Assembly (NCBI GenBank): GCA_008534395.1 | Contig: SHMQ01000002.1 | Location: 1,557 to 65,556 of the forward strand | DNA: 64,000 bases | From: Candidatus Acidulodesulfobacterium acidiphilum | GTDB taxonomy: Bacteria; SZUA-79; Acidulodesulfobacterales; Acidulodesulfobacteraceae | Direction of reading: 5' to 3' | Shown: one piece after another, positions 55,519 to 62,772 of the stretch | How positions within the stretch are numbered: the first letter of the stretch is position 1 | How the letters are laid out: each line of letters starts with the position of its first letter | Translations under genes and position numbers: made by a program | The notes under the pieces: generated by a model | The model's input: the letters and a program-made list of their open reading frames with translations, nothing else | Databases searched by the model: none | Told to the model about the DNA's origin: nothing

Positions 55519-56013
55519 TTAATTTAAATTTTTTATATTTTTATCCAACTGTTTTAATTTTAAAATTTTTTCTTTTTCTTTTCTATCTTTTTCTTTTAAT
55601 TCTCTTTCTTTTTCTAACTGCTCATTAATAACATCTTTATGTTGCCATACGAATGCTCTTGTGGGAATATTTATTCTATTGTGCATATTAAACCAATAAT
55701 TGTCTCCTATATACGTTTTATATACCCCTGTGATTATATCTATTATTTTATAACCATATCTATCACTAACATCGTATATTTTAGTATATGTTTTAGTATT
55801 TACTATCACGTATTTATATATATTGCCATCGTTATCTTTATCCTGAAAGGATATAATGTCTTCATTAATTATAAAATCGTTTACGTCTTTAAACGTTTCG
55901 ATTTTACCTGAAAACGAATTTCTCTTTTTATTTATATGACGATATATTTTTGGAATATATTCTATTAATAGAACTCCAAATATTAGAATTGCTACGCCGT
56001 ATATTGGTGCCAT
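55519..56013 (-). CDS. membrane-anchored hypothetical protein, paralogue of 60364..60762
   Basis: RAFVWQHKDVINEQLEKERELKEK aligns with RAYIWVNRDDINKALLLQKERNEY. Confidence 0.5.
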   Translation of the reverse strand: MAPIYGVAILIFGVLLIEYIPKIYRHINKKRNSFSGKIETFKDVNDFIINEDIISFQDKDNDGNIYKYVIVNTKTYTKIYDVSDRYGYKIIDIITGVYKTYIGDNYWFNMHNRINIPTRAFVWQHKDVINEQLEKERELKEKDRKEKEKILKLKQLDKNIKNLN

Positions 56014-56066
56014 TTATACCTCCAGCTTTTTTGTAAAATTAATTTTAGGCATGTTTCAGTCTGTCC

Positions 56067-57152
56067 TCATCCTTTGATGTTAATTATGGGTATAAATTTA
56101 TCTACTACTTCTATATTTTTGCCATTCTGCGCATTTATAACATCTTCCAAATTTTTATAAGCGAATGGCGATTCGTCAAGCGTTTCTCTATCTACTTTAG
56201 CAAAAATTCCGCTCATTACGGATTTAAAATCATTTATATCTATCGTCTTTTTAGCCTTACCTCTGCTCATAACCCTGCCTGCTCCGTGAGATGCGGAATT
56301 AAGATAGTCGTTATTGCCGAGTCCTTTGACTATATAAACCCCGTCTCTCATATTTCCGGGGATTATCCCCATTTCGTCTTTTTCGGCGGATATCGCTCCT
56401 TTGCGATGCAATATGCCGTCCTGCGTAATAACAGCATGATTATGATTTTTATTAATAAAATCATACATAAAAACGCTGATATCGAGTTTTAATATATTTA
56501 ATACTATCTGCATTATTTTCTTTCTATTCTCCAAGGCAAACTCAAGGCAGTAGTTCATATCCTCTAAGTATGCCTGTCCTAATTCTGAATTTATATCGAA
56601 CATCCGCCCTTTTTTCATATAAAATTCGGCGACGGTATGCCCTGCGTTTCTGGACCCGGAGTGGACGGTTATTCCTATTTCGTTTTTATCATTAATGCCT
56701 ATTTCGATAAAATGGTTACCTCCGCCCAATGTCGCATATTGCATGTTTATCTTATTCCTTACCGTTTTAGTTAATTGCTTATCGCCGGATACGGACGTAA
56801 ACTCCTGTTTAATATAGCATGCCGGCTTGGACAGAGAATTAAATCCTACGGGAATTTGTTTATATATTTCGTTAAATACGTAATCCCTAAACTCATCATA
56901 ATCTTTATCTGTCTTATCTAATAAGACCTTAGTATTTATATTAGATACGCCGCAGCCTATATCGTAACCGACGAATGACGGCGATATTTGATTATCCAGC
57001 AAAGCAACCCCGCCGATAGGCATATCGTAACCGGCATGAACGTCTGGCATTATAGCAAACGATTTTAAACAGTCTAAACTTTCGATATTTTTTATTTGAT
57101 TATGCGCTTCCGACTCGATACTTTCTTTTGGAATACCGTAAAATGTCTGCAT
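56067..57152 (-). CDS. rtcB: RtcB-family RNA ligase (short form)
   Basis: 361 aa. DVHAGYDMPIGG, GGGNHFIE, HSGSRNAGH, SASHGAGR. Confidence 0.85.
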   Translation of the reverse strand: MQTFYGIPKESIESEAHNQIKNIESLDCLKSFAIMPDVHAGYDMPIGGVALLDNQISPSFVGYDIGCGVSNINTKVLLDKTDKDYDEFRDYVFNEIYKQIPVGFNSLSKPACYIKQEFTSVSGDKQLTKTVRNKINMQYATLGGGNHFIEIGINDKNEIGITVHSGSRNAGHTVAEFYMKKGRMFDINSELGQAYLEDMNYCLEFALENRKKIMQIVLNILKLDISVFMYDFINKNHNHAVITQDGILHRKGAISAEKDEMGIIPGNMRDGVYIVKGLGNNDYLNSASHGAGRVMSRGKAKKTIDINDFKSVMSGIFAKVDRETLDESPFAYKNLEDVINAQNGKNIEVVDKFIPIINIKG

Positions 57153-57215
57153 TTTTTATTCTCCATATTTAGTTATATAAAAATCTTTACTACATATATA
57201 GCGAAGTTAATCTTT

Positions 57216-57773
57216 CTACAACCTAACCAACGACTCTTTAGCTTTATTTATTAATCGAAAAAGTTTCGTAAAATTTTCTACAATAAAATCGTATATATTA
57301 TTAATTAACTTTCGTTCTTCTATCAAACACAAGATATTTTCAATTCCTGACGGATTTTCACAGTTAAGAACTATATATTCTCTGTCATCGAGAAAGTATA
57401 GCAACTCTGACAATAGATATTCTATTGCAAACAATATAAGCGATAATAAAGCGATAAGTATAGGCAATATCACAAACTCTGCTATTGCTCCGACAAATAT
57501 CATAATGATTATTTCTGACATTAATAAAATTCCATTGTTTACATAATGCAAATGCACAACATGAGGAGCAATATATCTAAGAAAAAAGAAAAAAATCTTG
57601 CCAATCGCAAAAGTAATCAATAAATACGGCGTTAATAAAATGGCAAAAATAATAGTTTTTAAAAAAAATTTTAAACTATCTTTCAAAATTTTAGAATAAT
57701 TAATAATCATAAATCCCCCGCTATTATCCTGCATATCTATCATAATATCCATTAAAACATTTCCCAAATACAC
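57216..57773 (-). CDS. membrane protein
   Basis: 185 aa with about 4 TM helices. Confidence 0.5.
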   Translation of the reverse strand: MYLGNVLMDIMIDMQDNSGGFMIINYSKILKDSLKFFLKTIIFAILLTPYLLITFAIGKIFFFFLRYIAPHVVHLHYVNNGILLMSEIIIMIFVGAIAEFVILPILIALLSLILFAIEYLLSELLYFLDDREYIVLNCENPSGIENILCLIEERKLINNIYDFIVENFTKLFRLINKAKESLVRL

Positions 57774-58035
57774 GATTCATGCGCTTAAAAATTTTTTCGT
57801 CGTAAAACATCGAATAACCTTTTAAGTTAGCGACAGCACAATCTTCGGCATCCTCGCGAGACGGTATTTTATATTTCGACATCATCCAATCGACATAATC
57901 ATTGAAATATCTCTCGGCATCCGCCTTATTGTCTATTTCCATTGCAGGACCTAATACGGAACGGTTTGTCATATCTCCGGGATTAAAAACTATCTTTCTC
58001 TTCTTACTCCAGAATCTGTCAAAATTTTTAAACAT
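57724..58035 (-). CDS. hypothetical protein
   Basis: 103-aa ORF. Confidence 0.5.
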   Translation of the reverse strand: MFKNFDRFWSKKRKIVFNPGDMTNRSVLGPAMEIDNKADAERYFNDYVDWMMSKYKIPSREDAEDCAVANLKGYSMFYDEKIFKRMNRVFGKCFNGYYDRYAG

Positions 58036-58087
58036 CTAAAACCTCCATTATTTAGTTTTATCTAAAATCAGCAATAAGACCCCGTCT

Positions 58088-59269
58088 TTACAAGGCGGGA
58101 ATAAATTGCAACCCCTTGCCGTATTTAATTAAATTGACTAATTCTGTTTTAACGGGCTTTTTTAAACCCGCAAGTTTGATATACTTACCTAAATTCTGCA
58201 TACCTTTAACGAGAAAGGCTTTACCGTTAAATCTTACCAAGTCGTTCGGTTGCAGTTTATACCTTACTTTCCTGATAGACGGTTTAAAGCCCTTGCGGTT
58301 AAGCTGCGTGCATCTATTCTGCCTGCGGGTAAAAGAACCGTTAATAACGTCCGTCCTTTCTTGCCCGCTCCCGCCGGCTATGCAAAAGGCGTCGTTAGCG
58401 TGGCTCTTTTCGAGTTTCAGGGCTATCCTTGCGGACTTGGTAAGGTAGCCGTAAGTAATACTGACGGTATAGCCAAGTTCTTTTAACTTATTAACTATTT
58501 TCCACCGCAGGATAGACATAATAGTTTCCGCCTTAAAGGTCTTATGCTTCTTGATTTTAAGTTCGAGCTTGCCCTTGTGATAAGCCTTATGACAACTTTC
58601 GCATAATGTTATCAGGTTATCCGGTCTATCCGTCCCGCCGTCAGCTCTCGGAGTAACGTGGTGAACGTTAAGTATTTTATCTTTACTCTTGCCGTTGCAA
58701 GCTTGGCATATATGGTTATCACGGTATAAGACGTATTCCCTGACATTCCAAAATCCCGCTTGTTCTCCATTCTGATATTCAACGCCGGATATATCCGGAT
58801 CCTTAATTTTTTGAATATCGAAAGCGGCGGCTTCGACGGTAATCTCCATAACCGGTAAAATAGACTTAATAAATTCTACCGCTTTGATATGCTCGTTAAG
58901 CCTGTGTTCTACCGACGGAGCGAGCCAGCCGGCTTTCTTGCTCTTAACTCTGTTTAAGAAACGAGCCTTACGATACCAGAGGCGGTTTCTCCGAGTCCTG
59001 CGGTATTGCCTTTTTTCGGATAACAGCTTCGGTATATCCGTTCTTAACTCTACTTCGGAGCGAAAAAGTTCTTTAGCACTTGATACCGCCGATAATCCGA
59101 TGTGCTTGTATCCGGTATCGACGCCTAAGGATACAGGTTGCTTTGTTTCTCCCGTCGCATAAGTAAGCTGAATCGTAAAGGGAGTTCTCATAATTACTTT
59201 GGCTAATCCTTTTCTTAAAAGTTTTCTTGCTTTGCCTGCCGTTGTCGGCATTAAAGGCTTACCGCGCAT
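58088..59269 (-). CDS. iscB: IscB RNA-guided nuclease, copy 2
   Basis: ORF track extends to 59470, but those 67 codons overlie the conserved omega-RNA blocks. ATG at 59269 gives MRGKPLMP. GVDTGYKHIG, ITVEAAAFD, CQAC..HHVTPRADGGTDRPDNLITLCESCH and SHANDAF are all intact. Confidence 0.85.
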   Translation of the reverse strand: MRGKPLMPTTAGKARKLLRKGLAKVIMRTPFTIQLTYATGETKQPVSLGVDTGYKHIGLSAVSSAKELFRSEVELRTDIPKLLSEKRQYRRTRRNRLWYRKARFLNRVKSKKAGWLAPSVEHRLNEHIKAVEFIKSILPVMEITVEAAAFDIQKIKDPDISGVEYQNGEQAGFWNVREYVLYRDNHICQACNGKSKDKILNVHHVTPRADGGTDRPDNLITLCESCHKAYHKGKLELKIKKHKTFKAETIMSILRWKIVNKLKELGYTVSITYGYLTKSARIALKLEKSHANDAFCIAGGSGQERTDVINGSFTRRQNRCTQLNRKGFKPSIRKVRYKLQPNDLVRFNGKAFLVKGMQNLGKYIKLAGLKKPVKTELVNLIKYGKGLQFIPAL

Positions 59270-59548
59270 GTTTAAGACGAATACCCGCGGGTTTCGTCCT
59301 CTCCTGCCGGAGAGTAGGTTCTCTTCGGGATTGTTATTAACCGTTTTTAAGCCTGCCGCACTAAGAGTTTCCTCTTTGTTTAACGACAAACCACAGTTGC
59401 TACGGACTAAAGAAGTATCCGTAGGTGTGTCGGTTATCCGTCTTGTTAATAACTTCTGCATTTTTTTCATAATTAATGCCCCCTAATCAACCAGTTGCCC
59501 TTGTGCCTCACGACTCAAGCCCCGTCCGAAAGGGCGGGGTGATTGACT
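59270..59548 (-). ncRNA. omega-RNA-like scaffold of iscB copy 2
   Basis: Same conserved blocks as 3250..3521. The internal hairpin is replaced by CCCCGTCC-GAAA-GGGCGGGG, so the sequence differs but a hairpin is retained. Confidence 0.7.
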
Positions 59549-59554
59549 CGTATT

Positions 59555-59914
59555 CTAATCAAAAGGACGCCAAGCATACCTTAATATTTTTTCAAAAAAA
59601 CCATATTTTTTATTATTATCTGTAAATTCTATAATATTTCTTTTCCATAAAAAGTTTACTATTAAAGATAAAATAATCATGGCAATTATATATGATAGGA
59701 GTCCAAATATAAGTAATGCTATAAGTAATGTAGCCCCTAATAACGGTGTATTGAAATATGAATGTAGCGAAGCATGAAAATGGCTAAAAACATGAATATT
59801 TCTAACTGTATATCCTATTCCAAATAAGATAAGATAAATTAATATAGAACGTAAAGTAAATATAAATAATTTATTAATTAACTTACGCAAATTTTCAATA
59901 TTTAAAGAAACCAT
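59555..59914 (-). CDS. small membrane protein
   Basis: 119 aa with 3 TM helices. Confidence 0.5.
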   Translation of the reverse strand: MVSLNIENLRKLINKLFIFTLRSILIYLILFGIGYTVRNIHVFSHFHASLHSYFNTPLLGATLLIALLIFGLLSYIIAMIILSLIVNFLWKRNIIEFTDNNKKYGFFEKILRYAWRPFD

Positions 59915-59958
59915 AAAACCTCCAATAAATAAAATTATATAACTATAGAAATTTAGTT

Positions 59959-60327
59959 TTATTTATCTTTCTTCCAATCTATAGAACCTTTTAACTTTTT
60001 TTCGATAAAAGACTCCTTGCCTTTTTCCGTAAAACTAAAAGCTCCTTTGTTATATAAATATTGCAATAAAGCATAAAACGTTGCAAGTATTAACACTACC
60101 AACATTATTACATCAAAAATAATCAATACACCAATAACAATATAGGCAAAATCCATGCCGATATTACTTGACAAACGCAATAAGTTATTTATATTGCGAT
60201 ATAAAAACAACACAAAAACCAACCTGCCCGCCAAATAAAAAAGAATGATGGCAGAAAAGTATAATGCTATCTTAAAAACTAAACGCAATATCGCGGTAAA
60301 AAAGTTTTTAGCGTTAAAAACTACCAT
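59959..60327 (-). CDS. small membrane protein
   Basis: 122 aa with similar topology to 59555..59914. Confidence 0.5.
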   Translation of the reverse strand: MVVFNAKNFFTAILRLVFKIALYFSAIILFYLAGRLVFVLFLYRNINNLLRLSSNIGMDFAYIVIGVLIIFDVIMLVVLILATFYALLQYLYNKGAFSFTEKGKESFIEKKLKGSIDWKKDK

Positions 60328-60363
60328 AAAACCTCCTAATAACTGCTTTTTTTGGTAAAAAAA

Positions 60364-60762
60364 CTATAAGCCGTTTTTTTTAATTTGATTTTCAAGCTCT
60401 CTTTGCCTCTGCAATTTTCTTTCTTCGTACTCGTTTCTTTCCTTTTGGAGCAAAAGCGCTTTGTTAATATCGTCTCTATTAACCCAAATATAAGCCCTAA
60501 TATTCGGCTCAACTTTTTCGTCTATTAAACCTGTTGCTATTTCCTCTATAACAATATATTTATGCCATACTTTTCTTATTTTTCTTTCTCGTGACCTGTC
60601 ATTACAAAAAGTAAAAAACCAATATGCGCCATTCCCAAACGAAGTTTTTGAGAAATAATGTTTATATCCATCTAAAAATAAATTGACGTCTTCATATGTC
60701 TTAATGACTTCTATTTTTGGCACATCTTTAATATTTAAAAGCTTTTTAATTTTTTTTAACAT
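60364..60762 (-). CDS. hypothetical protein, paralogue of 55519..56013
   Basis: 132 aa. Confidence 0.5.
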   Translation of the reverse strand: MLKKIKKLLNIKDVPKIEVIKTYEDVNLFLDGYKHYFSKTSFGNGAYWFFTFCNDRSRERKIRKVWHKYIVIEEIATGLIDEKVEPNIRAYIWVNRDDINKALLLQKERNEYEERKLQRQRELENQIKKNGL

Positions 60763-60781
60763 TTTACATCCTATGTTAAGG

Positions 60782-60955
60782 TTACATTAATTTTATTTGA
60801 TAAGCCACAAATCCAAGAAAAATAATAGTAAAACCAATCACAAATATAAGGAAAACTATGGTAAATGTTTCTCCACTGAAATAATCGAGAAAATATATGA
60901 AAAACTCCGCAAAATTTGAATTTTTAAATATTTTCTGATTATCGAATACTATCAT
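60782..60955 (-). CDS. 57-aa membrane peptide (below the ORF-track cutoff)
   Basis: My own translation: GGAGG SD, ATG at 60955, MIVFDNQKIFKNSNFAEFFIYFLDYFSGETFTIVFLIFVIGFTIIFLGFVAYQIKLM. Confidence 0.4.
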   Translation of the reverse strand: MIVFDNQKIFKNSNFAEFFIYFLDYFSGETFTIVFLIFVIGFTIIFLGFVAYQIKLM

Positions 60956-60998
60956 TTTATTTGCCTCCTATTATAGCCGTTTTTTTTATTTACCATAA

Positions 60999-61244
60999 CT
61001 AACGCTTTATATTAAAAAGAACATTAAATAATGTCGGATCGGCTAAGAAAATTGCAGCGAAAACGCTAAACAAAATAACCACCATTCCAGCCCACATAAC
61101 CATTCCAAACATTTTGCCGGCTTCATATTTAACGCCGTCATCACCTTTTAAATGAGCAATTATAAAAAGTATAGTACCTACAATTATTGCAACTGCAAGA
61201 CCATCTACTATAGATCTAATCATTTCAGAACCGCCGAAATTCAT
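60999..61244 (-). CDS. small membrane protein
   Basis: ATG at 61244 after an AAGGAGG SD. Two TM helices. Confidence 0.5.
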   Translation of the reverse strand: MNFGGSEMIRSIVDGLAVAIIVGTILFIIAHLKGDDGVKYEAGKMFGMVMWAGMVVILFSVFAAIFLADPTLFNVLFNIKR

Positions 61245-61306
61245 AATAACCTCCTTTAGACTTGTCCGACAACCGGACAAAATTATTTTTTTTTATTACT
61301 AACAAT

Positions 61307-61355
61307 CCCCGTCCTTACGGACGGGGTAGCCCTGCTTTTTCTTTAAACAGGGCTA
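61307..61355 (-). terminator. tandem hairpins at the ssb 3' end
   Basis: TAGCCCTG...CAGGGCTA spans the stop codon. It is followed on the minus strand by CCCCGTCC-GTAA-GGACGGGG and an A/T-rich run. Confidence 0.5.
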
Positions 61356-61846
61356 TTATCAAAAGGGATGTCGTCCTCATCGCCAGTGCTTGGCGGCGGC
61401 GCTTGATATTTTTGTCCGCCTTGCGTCCTCTGTGCTGTTCCTGACATTTGTCTTTGTGTTTGCGCCTGAGGCGGTTTTTCATCATAATAATCGTCTTGTC
61501 CGCCCTGCGAATCTTCTTTTCTGCCTATCAAAACAATATTATTTGCTATTATTTCAGAGATGTATTTCTTATTGCCCTCAGCGTCGTCATAAGAGCGGTT
61601 GTTAATCCTGCCTTCTACAAAAACCTGCTTGCCCTTACTAAGATAATTTGCCATAGTGCTTGCTAACTTATCAAAAAGCACTATATTATGCCAAATCGCC
61701 TTTTCCGTTTTATTGCCTGATTTATCATTAAAATACTCAGTCGTGGCCATCGAAAATTTTAAAATTGCCAGACCATCCGGCGTGTATCTTAATTCCGGAT
61801 CTTTCCCTAAATTACCTATAAGCATTACTTTGTTTAAACTTCCCAT
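61343..61846 (-). CDS. ssb: single-stranded DNA-binding protein
   Basis: 167 aa. OB-fold start LNKVMLIGNLGKDPELRYTPDG. Gly/Gln/Pro-rich linker. Acidic tail DEDDIPF followed by five extra residues. Confidence 0.9.
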   Translation of the reverse strand: MGSLNKVMLIGNLGKDPELRYTPDGLAILKFSMATTEYFNDKSGNKTEKAIWHNIVLFDKLASTMANYLSKGKQVFVEGRINNRSYDDAEGNKKYISEIIANNIVLIGRKEDSQGGQDDYYDEKPPQAQTQRQMSGTAQRTQGGQKYQAPPPSTGDEDDIPFDNSPV

Positions 61847-61922
61847 GATTTCCTCCTTAAATTAAATATTATTATATTTTTAAATTTTTAAAAATAACTA
61901 AGTTTGTCCGTTTTGCGGACAA

Positions 61923-62435
61923 TTAGCTTAACGCTTTAAAACCCTCACTTTTCAATCTAATAAATTTATTTTTTTTGACTACAACGCCGGGGATATCCAA
62001 TAAGTCCCCCATTGCTTTAATCTGTTTTTTAAGTTCAGCCTCATTTACAGCAATAAGGCTTTCCGGCGTGTTGCCGTTCTTTATACCCTCAATAAAATCC
62101 GCCATATCTATCTGAAAATCTACGCCCTCCGTGCGAACGAAATCTCCGTCTTTCAAATCGTTTTCGTCGAGATATTCGATTATGTTTTGCTTCAAAACGG
62201 ATTCTTTCTCCTCAATACTTGCTACAATTACATTGCGTCGATCACGAATACTTTTGTAAGACTCATAGGCTTTTTTAACAGGTTCGTCGAACAAATTTTG
62301 AAATATCTTTTTGAACGCCCCTGTTTTTTTTAAATTTTGTTTTGCTAATTGCAGATCACTCTGGTTTTTAACTTCGAATTTCATTTTAGATAAAACAGCA
62401 TCTTTAGTAACTATTAGCTTATCTTCTTTGAACAT
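61923..62435 (-). CDS. hypothetical protein
   Basis: 170-aa ORF. Confidence 0.5.
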   Translation of the reverse strand: MFKEDKLIVTKDAVLSKMKFEVKNQSDLQLAKQNLKKTGAFKKIFQNLFDEPVKKAYESYKSIRDRRNVIVASIEEKESVLKQNIIEYLDENDLKDGDFVRTEGVDFQIDMADFIEGIKNGNTPESLIAVNEAELKKQIKAMGDLLDIPGVVVKKNKFIRLKSEGFKALS

Positions 62436-62460
62436 AAAACCTCCTTTTTTTTAAAATTAT

Positions 62461-62700
62461 TTAATTGTTAATTTTTATTAAACAAAGATTATTCTCTTTA
62501 AAAGTCCATTTATAGCAGTCAAATAACCTGCCGGACGAATCCGAAAAAAACTTCTTGATAATAGCTAAATTTGAAAAAGTCCATTTAGCAATACATGTGT
62601 TTTCTGTGCATTTAACGATAGGCAAACTTAATATTTTTTTAGTATCTTCATATCTGAATATTTCTATTAAATTATCTTTAAATATTATTAATATATCCAC
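62461..62700 (-). CDS. hypothetical small protein
   Basis: 79 aa. GTG start after an AGAGGTGA SD. Confidence 0.4.
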   Translation of the reverse strand: MDILIIFKDNLIEIFRYEDTKKILSLPIVKCTENTCIAKWTFSNLAIIKKFFSDSSGRLFDCYKWTFKENNLCLIKINN

Positions 62701-62772
62701 TTTGAAATCACCTCTTTTTTTCTTTCTTATCTACATAGCGAAGTTATGCCGTCCGTTTTGCGGACAATAAAA

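Larger units (their letters stand above)
58056..59548 (-). mobile_element. non-autonomous IscB element (RE-iscB-omega-RNA-LE), no tnpA
   Basis: Right boundary comes from the alignment with the solo RE at 33217. Left boundary comes from the common TTGACT end shared by three LE copies. Confidence 0.6.
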
